64,000 nt of DNA from Thermoanaerobaculia bacterium. GTDB taxonomy: Bacteria > Acidobacteriota > Thermoanaerobaculia > Multivoradales > UBA5704. The notes below the pieces were generated by a model, which was given only the letters and a program-made list of their open reading frames with translations, ran no database searches and had not been told where the DNA came from. Positions within the stretch are counted from its first letter, which is position 1. Every line of letters begins with the position of its first letter. This document shows positions 1 through 8,452 of the stretch, in pieces. The stretch spans positions 692 to 64,691 of the forward strand of contig DATFNZ010000118.1 in NCBI GenBank assembly GCA_035266085.1, in the 5' to 3' direction. Position numbers and translations under genes: made by a program.

Positions 1-194
1 AACGCAGGCCCACCTCCGTCCCGAGCCCCGAAGGGCCGGCAGAAGCGCCCCGGCGAGATCTCCCTACCGATAGGATTCGTCCGCCGCCTCTTCAAACTCG
101 CCTTCGGGCCGCTCGCCTTCCCGCAGACGATAACGACGCCGGTCAGGTTCTGCCGGCCCTCTGGGGCTTGGGAGGTCGGGGAGCCGCTGTTCCC

Positions 195-340
195 GGGGTT
201 GACACCCCGGGCTGGTCAAATTTCGCCCTCCCAGGGCGGGCCTCCAACCGTCCGAATTGCCGCGTTGGCAGTGAGATGTGTATAAGAGGCTGGGGTTGCC
301 ACCCCGGGCTGTTCAGATCCCGCCCCTTTCAGTGCGACGC
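195..340. repeat. Pair of ~48-bp GC-rich REP-like direct repeats
   Basis: 195-242 and 292-340 share ggggttg[a/c]caccccgggctg..tca.at..cgccc. Region 1-734 has no convincing ORF; the track ORFs there are Arg/Pro/Gly-rich shadow frames. Confidence 0.5.
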
Positions 341-734
341 ACTCCAAAGGTACAAGACAGGCGGGGCCAGCCGCTCCTGGCGCCCGCCTGATCGGATTCA
401 GTTTTCAAAGAGCCAGTACGCGGCAGCTCCAAACGAGCGCCCGCGCAAGTTCCTTCCTTACCGCGATCAGGGGGACGTTCCAGATCGGCCGGATTGCGCC
501 GGCCCCGGGGCTCCTTCCCTAGGCGGAGCTCTCGTCCCCTTCGCTACGAGAGGGCGGATGCCCCTCCGTTGCTCCGGATATGCGTTAGCTTGCCGGGTCT
601 GGCAGAAGATGTCAAGTGAGACCCCTTGACAAGAGGATGCACTTCGTGGATTCTATGCACACTTCAGCCCGCACCAATTCCGGTGCTTGCCTGGGGTCGG
701 GGCCGGGAAAAGCCCCTGAACAAGGAGAAAGACC

Positions 735-1127
735 ATGCAGAGCGAGACCACGTATTCCGGAATCCTGGGAGAGCTTCAGCGCTTCCAGGCGTCGATGGAG
801 GCCAAGATCGGCGAGATCCCCCACCTGGAGCCGAGCCGGGCTCACTTCGGCCAGATCCTGAGCCGGGCTCAGGATCTGGTCCGGCAGCAGGCGGCCGTGA
901 CGGCCGAGAAGCAGACCCTGACGCAGCAGCTCAAGGCTGCCCTCGTCGACGGCCAGCGTCTGGCGACCCTGTTGCGCAAGGGCCTCCAGCAGCACTACGG
1001 CATCCGCTCCGAGCGGCTGACCGAATTCGGGCTGCAGCCGTTCCGCGGCCGGAAGGTCAAGAGCAAGACGAAGCCGGAGACGCCCACCCCCGCGCCCAAG
1101 CCCGAGCCGGTCCCCACGGCCGGCTAG
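735..1127 (+). CDS. Hypothetical protein (130 aa), coiled-coil-like body with a Lys/Pro-rich basic tail
   Basis: ATG preceded by an AAGGAGA RBS. Normal amino-acid composition. Followed by a canonical terminator. No family recognised. Confidence 0.7.
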   Translation: MQSETTYSGILGELQRFQASMEAKIGEIPHLEPSRAHFGQILSRAQDLVRQQAAVTAEKQTLTQQLKAALVDGQRLATLLRKGLQQHYGIRSERLTEFGLQPFRGRKVKSKTKPETPTPAPKPEPVPTAG

Positions 1128-1160
1128 CGGCGACACCTAGAACCCTGCCTCGATGTTCAA

Positions 1161-1190
1161 GGGGGCGTGCCCGGCACGCCCCCTTTTCTT
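1161..1190 (+). terminator. Rho-independent terminator
   Basis: Stem gggggcgtgcc / ggcacgccccc with a 1-nt loop, followed by ttttctt, 34 nt after the stop of the 735-1127 CDS. Confidence 0.8.
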
Positions 1191-1220
1191 GTCTCCGCCT
1201 CCCGGAATGATTCCACGAGC

Positions 1221-1760
1221 GGCGCACAATTTAACGACGGAGCGTCACAAGATTAGGCGGCGCGCCGTAAGATTATGCGCCGCGTACAATTTTGCGACGG
1301 AGCGTCAGAAGATTAGGCAGGGCGTCGTAATTTTATCCGCCCCGTCGTAAGCTTCGGCGGAGCGCCGTAAGATTAGGCGGCACGCCATAAGCTTAGGACG
1401 CCGCGCACAATTTACGGCAGAGTGTCAGAAGATTAGGCAGAGCGTCATAATTTTATCCGCCGCGTCGTAAGCTTCGGCAGGGCGCCGTAAAATTAGGCGT
1501 CGCGTCGTAAGCTTATGACGCCGCGCACAATTTACGGCGGAGCGTCGGTAAATTGCACGGCGCGTCGTAAGCTTCGGCGGAGTGTCATAAAATTAGACGG
1601 CACGTCGTAAGCTTATGACGCCGCGTACAATTTACGGCGGAGCGTCGCTAAATTGGACGGCGCGTCACAATTTTATGCGCCGCGCCGTAAGCTTCGGCGG
1701 CGCTTCATAAGATTAGGCACGCCGCCGTAAGCTTATGACGCCGCGTCGTACTCTTAATCC
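1221..1760. repeat. Non-coding array of ~27 contiguous 20-bp units, consensus MGCGYCRTAA-GMTTAKGMSG, with 60- and 120-bp super-periods
   Basis: Every 20-nt register from 1221 to 1760 carries a GC-rich half and an A/T core (TAAGCTTA, TAAGATTA, CAATTTTA, TAAAATTA). No indels occur across 540 bp. Many units are 18-bp palindromes centred on AAGCTT (cgtcgtaagcttatgacg). Stops occur in all frames. Confidence 0.9.
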
Positions 1761-1866
1761 GCCCTTCCTCAGAGCTTCCACCCGGAAACTCTTCGGCAGT
1801 TGACACGCGCGGCTTCTTGGGCCAGAATCGGTTTGTGGGGCAAACCGGTCGTCAACGGAGGCCGAG

Positions 1867-2709
1867 ATGGAAACTCGAGAGCTGGAGCGCATCCGCTTCG
1901 TCACGCGGCACTTCAACGATCTTCAGGGGCTGCGGTACGAGGTTCCCCTGGGGCTGATCGCCCTGGGCTTGGGAGGTGCGACGCTCCTCAGGGCCGCTCT
2001 GTTCCTGGGAGCATTTCTCCTGCTGCTGGGAGCGCGGCGGCATTACAGGAATAGCTTCGGCGAGGTGGAGGAAGGGCCGGCCGGTTCCGCCGCCGAGCTC
2101 TATCCCGTATCCGTCTTCGGTCCGGCCGGACCGATCCCCCGGCTCGAGGGTTTTCAGCAGGTGACGCCGTTCGTCCGGCACTTCCTGACCACCCTGGCGT
2201 TGGCCGCGGTTCTCTTCTCGTACTTCCAGGCGCTCACACCCAACTTCGTGGTCCTGGGAGACGAATCGGCGGGTCAGCATCCTCAGATCGTCACCGAAAC
2301 GTCTCCCCTGTTCAGACAAACCCCCGTCGGGCCTTTTTTCATGGGCGGGGCCGTGAGGCCGCCATCCATGCTCAGGGCCGTGCTTGCTCAGTCCCTGTAT
2401 GTCCTCTGCGGCGCGTTCTTCCTGGGGCTCTGGCTCTGGAGAGGACGCCGCGGATCCCAGGGGCATCATCTGGCGCTCTCGCTGCTGATGTTTGGGCTTG
2501 CGGCCTTCGGCACTTCCCTGGGGTTCCTCGCCTGGCGGGATGGGGAGATCCCTCGGGCCCTCGCGCCCTTCCTGCCGGCGCTCGTCTATCCCGGGGTGGC
2601 CCTGCTCCTCTGCGGCTCCTCGATGATGCTGGCGGGTCTTCTCGATCACTGGCAAATCGTCCGGGCGCTGGGATGGTCCGTGGCGGCGGAAGGGGAGGAG
2701 TCACGATGA
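1867..2709 (+). CDS. Multi-pass integral membrane protein, function unknown
   Basis: 280-aa ORF with at least 6 hydrophobic segments. Its stop overlaps the start of the downstream wHTH gene (ATGA at 2706-2709). Confidence 0.75.
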   Translation: METRELERIRFVTRHFNDLQGLRYEVPLGLIALGLGGATLLRAALFLGAFLLLLGARRHYRNSFGEVEEGPAGSAAELYPVSVFGPAGPIPRLEGFQQVTPFVRHFLTTLALAAVLFSYFQALTPNFVVLGDESAGQHPQIVTETSPLFRQTPVGPFFMGGAVRPPSMLRAVLAQSLYVLCGAFFLGLWLWRGRRGSQGHHLALSLLMFGLAAFGTSLGFLAWRDGEIPRALAPFLPALVYPGVALLLCGSSMMLAGLLDHWQIVRALGWSVAAEGEESR

Positions 2710-3053
2710 ATGCCACACCGTTCGAGCAGCTCGCGAACCTGGACCGCCGGGTCCACGACCCCGCCCGTCTGGCCATTCTGACGGCGCTCTCGGCTTGCGA
2801 GCGGGCCGACTTCCTGTTCCTGCAGCGGATCACCGGCCTCACCAAGGGCAACCTCTCCTCCCATCTCTCGAAGCTCGAGGAGGCCGGGCTGGTCGAGATC
2901 GAGAAGCGGTTCGTGGCGAAGAAGACCCAGACTCTCGTCCGCCTGAGCGGCGCCGGCCGGCGGACGGTCGAGAGCTACTGGAAGGAGATGGAGGAGCTCC
3001 GCGAGAGCGCCGCCCGATGGCGGCCGCAGAACGCCGTGCCGGTGCCGGGCTGA
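2706..3053 (+). CDS. Winged-helix (ArsR/MarR-like) transcriptional regulator
   Basis: VHDPARLAILTAL...FLFLQRITGLTKGNLSSHLSKLEEAGLVEIEK is a typical wHTH recognition-helix and wing pattern. Translationally coupled to the upstream membrane protein. Confidence 0.8.
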   Translation: MNATPFEQLANLDRRVHDPARLAILTALSACERADFLFLQRITGLTKGNLSSHLSKLEEAGLVEIEKRFVAKKTQTLVRLSGAGRRTVESYWKEMEELRESAARWRPQNAVPVPG

Positions 3054-3163
3054 TACGTAGTCAAGCCTGAAAGAACGAATTTGTGGAAGTGGCCCCCTGA
3101 GGCCGCCTGGGTGGGGTGTGTCCGGGGCGCCCCGATGGCGCCCCTTTTCGAAAGGAGACTGTC

Positions 3164-3571
3164 ATGAGAGATCAGCGATCGAATTTCCTGGTCATCGTGG
3201 GCGTTGCCGTCGTTGCCATCCTCGTCGTCGCCGGCCACCTCTGGGCGGCGGCGCCCGGAACCGCGGCGGAGCCCGAGGTGGCGGTCGCCAAGGCCGACCT
3301 CGAGCGGCTCCCCGGCTCCTATGCGAACGGGGAGATGGGCTTTGCGTTCAAGGTGGATCTCCAGGAAGGCCGCGTGCGCCTCACCATCACGCAAGGCCCT
3401 CCGTTTCCTCCCGCCTTGCTGATCCCGACCTCGCCGACCCACTTCCGGTGGGAGGGGGAGGGGCTGGCGCCCGGGCTTGCCGTGTCCTTCCAGGTGACCG
3501 GAAGCAAGGCCACCTCTCTCACCGTGATCCAGCCCGGCAAGCCGGAGGTGGTGATGAAGCGCGTGGGATGA
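3164..3571 (+). CDS. Small signal-anchored / secreted hypothetical protein
   Basis: AGGAG RBS 7 nt upstream of the ATG at 3164. N-terminal hydrophobic segment FLVIVGVAVVAILVVAG. Confidence 0.65.
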   Translation: MRDQRSNFLVIVGVAVVAILVVAGHLWAAAPGTAAEPEVAVAKADLERLPGSYANGEMGFAFKVDLQEGRVRLTITQGPPFPPALLIPTSPTHFRWEGEGLAPGLAVSFQVTGSKATSLTVIQPGKPEVVMKRVG

Positions 3572-3573
3572 TT

Positions 3574-3612
3574 GATTGGAACGATCGATTGGAACGATGA
3601 ATTGGAACGAAG
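3574..3612. repeat. 3 x 13-bp tandem repeat (gattggaacgatc)
   Basis: gattggaacgatc / gattggaacgatg / aattggaacgaag lie immediately after the stop at 3571. Confidence 0.8.
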
Positions 3613-3687
3613 CCGGCGCCTCGCCCGCCTGGGCATCGATGCCTGGGCGGGCTTCAAACTCTCGAAAGGGTAGACGTGCCGGAGGCG

Positions 3688-4344
3688 CTACCGCCGCTGA
3701 ACGATGATGCTGCCTTCCCCCTGTGTCACGTCGACGAAGGAGTAGAAAGAGAGCGAATAAATCGTACAGCCTCTCTCTTCACTGGAAATGAGATTGACGG
3801 AAGGAATTCCCACATCGTCGTCCCGCTCCGCATCCGTTGCCCACCACCTCAGATACGCTCCGTCATCATCCCTTCGCTCGGAGTCGGAGGGTACCCATCC
3901 CCCTGGCCTTGGCTTGCAGAAACTCCAGGTCAGCTTATCCGGGACTCTCGGGTTGTCCCCGTTGTCTTCGACCACCAGTTGCACCCACCTCCCGATGTAG
4001 CTCCTGTGGGTGGAGTCCGTGACCGTCGCGCTCATCACCGCCCTGTTCTCCTCGACCCGCATGCCGTCGACGACCGCCGTCATGTGAAATTCCGGAGGTG
4101 TGTCGCCTGAACGGGGGTCTTCAGGGTCGTCGACGTCTGAAATCCTTGCCCGGTCGATGAAAGAGATCTGGCCGGTGGTGACGCCTCGCTCGTCCGTCCT
4201 GGCATCGAACTCCACGTACTTCAACACGTCGTCATCCAAGAAAAACCGGTAGGTACCGCTGGCGGCCTGGGCAGTGGCCAGCCGCGGGGTCGTGAGGCTC
4301 AGCAGAAACAATGCTGAGATCGACATCAATGTTCTGTGCTTCAT
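3688..4344 (-). CDS. Secreted hypothetical protein
   Basis: Start taken at MKHRTLMSISALFLLSLTTPRLATAQA (signal peptide). Asp-rich mature protein. No family recognised. Confidence 0.7.
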   Translation of the reverse strand: MKHRTLMSISALFLLSLTTPRLATAQAASGTYRFFLDDDVLKYVEFDARTDERGVTTGQISFIDRARISDVDDPEDPRSGDTPPEFHMTAVVDGMRVEENRAVMSATVTDSTHRSYIGRWVQLVVEDNGDNPRVPDKLTWSFCKPRPGGWVPSDSERRDDDGAYLRWWATDAERDDDVGIPSVNLISSEERGCTIYSLSFYSFVDVTQGEGSIIVQRR

Positions 4345-4440
4345 CGAGGGTACTCCTTGCACAAAGTCAAGAGTCTGACGGCCAGGAGGGATTCTACAGG
4401 CTCTCAAGGAAGTGCGAAAGGGGCGTTCTGGCCGCTTGGG

Positions 4441-6081
4441 CTAGCCGGCGTTTTTCTCCGCGGGTTTGCGCCGGCGCAGGAAGCTCAGGCCCGCGAGACC
4501 GAAGAGGCCCGCGAAGAGGAGCTTGCCCATCTCCCCCAGGGTCGGGACTTCCGCCGGCGGCGCCGGCGGCGGGATCGGCTGATCGTCGTCCACGATGGTG
4601 AGGACGGCGGTCTGGCCATTGCTCAGGAGCAGGATCACGGTCTCGTTCCCTTCCTCCAGAAGGTCGTCCACGATGGGGACCTGGAAGGTCTTGGGCACTG
4701 TATCCCCGTCCGCCCAGTTGAGCGTTCCGGAGGCCGGCAGATAGTCGGCCGGCTGGGTGGCGGTGCCGTCGGCCGTCTGGTACATGACCGAGGCAGGGCC
4801 TTCGCTGCCGCCCGTGCGGGTGACGGTGATCGTGGCGGTCACGCCGTCCTCGTTGACCGAGTAGGCGCTCAGGCTGAACTGGAGGGTGCCTGCCGCGAGC
4901 TCGACGGCGCCGATGTCGAGGCGCCCGCCGGAGAGACGGGGGAAGCCCGGGCCCCGCTGATCGGTGCTCGGCGGCGGCGTGAACGATGAGTCGCCGGCGT
5001 TCACGGCCGGGCTGGTGAGAGCCGGCTTCTGCGTCTGGGTGGGGCCGCCGTTGTCGGCCAGGGGACCGAGTTGGGGATCCTGGTTGAGGATGGTCCCGCC
5101 GCCGTCGTTGACGGTGGCCGTGCCCGGGCTCTCGATCAGGCTGAACAGGGAGTTGAGGGTGCCGCTGCCGTCGACGTCGTTCGGGGAGCCGTCGGCCGTA
5201 TTGTCCGCGAGGATCGTGTTGTCCACACTGAGGCTGCCGTTGGAGATGAAGACGCCGCCGCCGCTGTCGGCCGAGTTCCCGGCCACCGTGGTGTGGCGGA
5301 GGGCCGGGCTGTAGGCGTAGAGGAGGAGGAGGCCGCCGCCCTGGTTGCTCGCGGTATTGCCGGAGACCGTGCTGTTGGTGAGGGTGAGCTGGCCGCTCGC
5401 GAGGGCGATGCCGGCGCCGTCGGCAGCCGAGTTGCCGGCGACCGTGCTGCCGGTGATCGCCACCGTGGCCCCGTCCGCGTTGATGCCGCCGCCGGCCTCG
5501 ACCGCCGAGTTGCCGGAGATCGTGGTGCCGGTGATCGTGACCTGGGCGCTGGCGTTGGCGGCGATGCCGCCGCCGTTGCCGGCCGCCGTGTTGCCGGTGA
5601 TCACGCAATCGGCGAGAGTCAGGTGCTCGTCCTGGTTGAAGACGCCGGCGCCGTTCATGGCGCTGCCCGCCGTCAGGGTGAGGCCCGAGATGGAGACGTC
5701 GATGAAGTCGACCCCGCCGTCGTCGACGTTGACGACCCGCGAGGCGCCGTTGCCGCTGACGGTGATCACGGCGGCTCCCGGTCCCTGGACGTCCAGGAAG
5801 TCGGTAACGGCGAGCTCGCCGGTCGTCAGGGTGATCGTGCCGGTCAGCCCGGCCTGGAAGTCGATGACGTCCGCGCCCGCGGCGGCGTTGGCGTCGAGCA
5901 CGGCCTGGCGCAGGCTGTCGGCGCCCGAATCGTTCAGGTTCCTGACCGTGAAGGTCGCGGCCTGGGCCGGCGACGCGGCCATGACGACGCCGAGCGTCAG
6001 GGCTGCCCCCGAGGCCAGGGTGGCTTGGCGGACCGCCTTCCGGCGGGCAGGGCGGTCCTGTTGCGTGTCGATGCCGGACAT
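4441..6081 (-). CDS. Secreted right-handed beta-helix repeat protein with a Calx-beta domain and an IPTL-CTERM-type sorting signal
   Basis: Twin-Arg/Ala-rich signal (RRKAV...SPAQA). Repeated GNxAxxGGGI/TxSGN beta-helix units. DNGGPTQT motif. Calx-beta-like segment (TATQPADY...VPIVDD). C-terminal VPTLGEMGKLLFAGLFGLAGLSFLRRRK. Confidence 0.85.
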   Translation of the reverse strand: MSGIDTQQDRPARRKAVRQATLASGAALTLGVVMAASPAQAATFTVRNLNDSGADSLRQAVLDANAAAGADVIDFQAGLTGTITLTTGELAVTDFLDVQGPGAAVITVSGNGASRVVNVDDGGVDFIDVSISGLTLTAGSAMNGAGVFNQDEHLTLADCVITGNTAAGNGGGIAANASAQVTITGTTISGNSAVEAGGGINADGATVAITGSTVAGNSAADGAGIALASGQLTLTNSTVSGNTASNQGGGLLLLYAYSPALRHTTVAGNSADSGGGVFISNGSLSVDNTILADNTADGSPNDVDGSGTLNSLFSLIESPGTATVNDGGGTILNQDPQLGPLADNGGPTQTQKPALTSPAVNAGDSSFTPPPSTDQRGPGFPRLSGGRLDIGAVELAAGTLQFSLSAYSVNEDGVTATITVTRTGGSEGPASVMYQTADGTATQPADYLPASGTLNWADGDTVPKTFQVPIVDDLLEEGNETVILLLSNGQTAVLTIVDDDQPIPPPAPPAEVPTLGEMGKLLFAGLFGLAGLSFLRRRKPAEKNAG

Positions 6082-6185
6082 CCATTTCTCCTCGGGCCGA
6101 AGGCAGCCGGTCCTGGTCGCGTACGTACTGAGTGGAGGAGCCGAGTATAGTGCCGCCCGGTGGGTTCCGCTATCCTGGCATCGCC

Positions 6186-6443
6186 ATGGACTGCCGCGCC
6201 GGCTGCGGGGCGTGCTGCATCGCCCTCTCGATCTCCTCTCCCATCCCGGGCATGCCGGACGGCAAGCCGGCTGGGGTCCGCTGCGTCCAGCTCTCGGACG
6301 ACAACCGCTGCCGGGTGTTCGGCCTGCCCGAGCGGCCCGAGGTCTGCGTCCGCCTCCGGCCGTCCGAGGAGATGTGCGGCGAAACCACGGAGCACGCCCT
6401 GGTGTACCTGGCCGAGCTTGAACGGGTGACGGCGCCTACTTAA
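6186..6443 (+). CDS. YkgJ-family Cys-cluster (zinc/iron-chelating) protein
   Basis: MDCRAGCGACCI... CxxCxxCC N-terminal cluster plus downstream Cys residues. Start at 6186 or 6132 is uncertain. Confidence 0.7.
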   Translation: MDCRAGCGACCIALSISSPIPGMPDGKPAGVRCVQLSDDNRCRVFGLPERPEVCVRLRPSEEMCGETTEHALVYLAELERVTAPT

Positions 6444-6605
6444 ATCCACGTTCCCTTCCCTTACGCCTTCTTGTATGATTCGAAGATCTTCTGTCGTACA
6501 AGAAGGTAACTCGCCATCTCGACCAGATTCCAGATCCGCCGGCTTCGGGAAGACATCGTCTTCCCGTGATTCCTCACGTCTGTACTTCAGCAAAGGAGAA
6601 TCGCC

Positions 6606-8369
6606 ATGTCGGACGAGAACGAGAAACATGATGCTGACGAGCTGAGCCGCAGGACCTTCCTCCGGCTGGGCGCTCTCGCGGGCGCCGGAGCTCCCCTGGC
6701 GGGGATGCTCGGGGGCTCCGAGGCCGGCGCGCAGGTGCCGCTGACCGACGCCGCGGTGGCCCTCGAAGAGGCGACCATCGCTCAATTGCAGGGGTCGATG
6801 ACCCGCGGCGGGCTCACCTCCCTGATCCTCGTGAACATGTACCTGGAGCGCATCGCGGCCATCGACCAGGACGGCCCGTGCATCAATTCCGTCCTGGAGG
6901 TCAATCCCGACGCCCGCCGCACCGCCAGGGTCCTCGACCGCGAGCGCCGGGAAGGCCGGGTCCGCGGCCCGCTGCACGGCATTCCCGTCATGCTCAAGGG
7001 CAACATCGACACCGGCGACCGCATGACCACCACGGCCGGCTCGCTCGCCCTGGTGGGCGATCCGCCGCACCAGGACGCCACGGTGGCCGCCCGGCTGCGG
7101 GCCGCGGGCGCCGTCATCCTGGGTAAGACGAACCTCTCCGAGTGGGCCAACTTCCGCGGCTTCAACTCCACCAGCGGCTGGAGCGGCCAGGGCGGGCAGA
7201 CCCGCAACCCCTATGTGCTCGACCGCAATCCCTGCGGCTCGAGCTCGGGCTCGGCCGCGTCCGTGGCGGCCAACCTCACCGCCGCCGGCCTCGGCACCGA
7301 GACCGATGGCTCCATCGTCTGCCCCGCGACGCTCAACGGCGTCGTCGGCATCAAGCCTACCGTGGGCCTGACCAGCCGCGCCGGCGTCATTCCCATCTCC
7401 CACACCCAGGACACGGTCGGCCCGCACGCCCGCACGGTAGCGGACGCGGCGGCGGTGCTGAGCGCTCTGGTGGGCGTCGATCCCCGCGACCCCGCCACGG
7501 CGGCGAGCGCCGGCAGGCTCTCCACCAACTACACCCAGTTCCTCAACCCCGACGGCCTGCGCGGCGCGCGCATCGGCGTCATGCGGGGCGGCGGCTTCAC
7601 CGGCTACAGCCGCGAGACGGACCGGGTTTACGAGGAATCGATCGCGACGATGAGAGCGGCGGGCGCCGTCCTCGTCGACGCGGAGATCCCCACGATCGAC
7701 GAGCTCAACTCCGACGACGCCGAGATCATCGTGCTGATCTACGAGTTCAAGCGGGACCTCAACGCCTATCTCGCCACCCGCACGGGCGTGCCGATCCACA
7801 GCCTCGCCGAGGCCATCGACTTCAACCTCGCCCACGCCAACCAGGAGCTGAGGTGGTTCGGCCAGGAGTTCTTCGAGCTGGCCGAGCAGGAGATCTTCAC
7901 CGAGCAGGAGTACCTGGCCGCCCTCGAGCGGGGCCACCGGCTGGCGGGCCCGGAGGGTATCGACGCCGCGCTGACCGCGAACAACCTGGACGCCCTGGTG
8001 GCTCCCACGGGCTCGCCGGCCTGGCCGACCGACCTCGTCAACGGCGACCACTTCCTGGGCGCGAGCTCCGGACCCGCGGCCATCGCCGGGTATCCCATCA
8101 TCAACGTCCCGGCCGGCTTCGCCTTCGGGCTGCCGCTGGGGATCAGCTTCTTCGGCACGGCGTTCAGCGAGGCGAAGCTCATCAAGCTCGCCTCCGGCTT
8201 CGAGGCGGTGAGGAAGGCCCGGCGCCCGCCGACCTTCATCCCGACCCTGCCGCTGCCCAAGGGGATCGATCCGTTCACCGGTAAGTCGGCCGCCGCGGCC
8301 CGCCTGGAGAGGATCCTGGACAAGGCCGCCACCAACCCGAAGGTCCGTTCCCTGCTTCGTAACCTGTAG
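6606..8369 (+). CDS. Amidase-signature family amidase with a Tat signal
   Basis: SRRTFLRLGALAGAGA twin-arginine signal. GGSSSGSAASVAA amidase signature with the Ser-cisSer-Lys context. AGGAGA RBS. Confidence 0.9.
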   Translation: MSDENEKHDADELSRRTFLRLGALAGAGAPLAGMLGGSEAGAQVPLTDAAVALEEATIAQLQGSMTRGGLTSLILVNMYLERIAAIDQDGPCINSVLEVNPDARRTARVLDRERREGRVRGPLHGIPVMLKGNIDTGDRMTTTAGSLALVGDPPHQDATVAARLRAAGAVILGKTNLSEWANFRGFNSTSGWSGQGGQTRNPYVLDRNPCGSSSGSAASVAANLTAAGLGTETDGSIVCPATLNGVVGIKPTVGLTSRAGVIPISHTQDTVGPHARTVADAAAVLSALVGVDPRDPATAASAGRLSTNYTQFLNPDGLRGARIGVMRGGGFTGYSRETDRVYEESIATMRAAGAVLVDAEIPTIDELNSDDAEIIVLIYEFKRDLNAYLATRTGVPIHSLAEAIDFNLAHANQELRWFGQEFFELAEQEIFTEQEYLAALERGHRLAGPEGIDAALTANNLDALVAPTGSPAWPTDLVNGDHFLGASSGPAAIAGYPIINVPAGFAFGLPLGISFFGTAFSEAKLIKLASGFEAVRKARRPPTFIPTLPLPKGIDPFTGKSAAAARLERILDKAATNPKVRSLLRNL

Positions 8370-8371
8370 AT

Positions 8372-8452
8372 CAGGGACTGCAAAGACAACAAGGACTGCA
8401 AGGAGCGGAAACTCCTTGCAGTCCTGGCAGTCCCTGTCGCTTTTGTGGTTTT
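8372..8452 (+). terminator. Long palindromic CAAGGAC-heptad element acting as a probable terminator of the amidase gene
   Basis: cagggactgc..caaggactgcaaggag cggaaa ctccttgcagtcctg gcagtccctg, followed by tcgcttttgtggtttt. Confidence 0.6.

Noticed and set aside
626-656. Sigma-70-like promoter (TTGACA at 626-631) upstream of the 735 CDS
   Set aside because: Good -35 hexamer, but no convincing -10 at 16-18 nt spacing (only GATTCT/TTCTAT). Not enough support to call.
1-734. Possible ncRNA or coding gene in the first 730 bp (track ORFs 168-629, 612-1136 and 626-1210)
   Set aside because: No ORF with protein-like composition and no recognisable RNA-family hallmarks by eye. Only the REP-like repeats could be supported.
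1221-1760. Possible CRISPR array
   Set aside because: The units are contiguous 20-mers with no unique spacers. The repeats are degenerate rather than identical. No cas genes or leader are present. Kept as a tandem-repeat finding instead.
4394-8051. Long opposite-strand or alternate-frame ORFs: 4394-6085, 5071-6150, 5345-6421, 5997-8051. The same phenomenon occurs at 9657-11753, 38350-40665, 41283-43058, 42527-44350, 50828-52678 and 57765-61460.
   Set aside because: These are typical high-GC shadow ORFs. They are Arg/Gly/Pro/Ala-dominated with no recognisable motifs, and each overlaps a gene whose translation carries clear family signatures.
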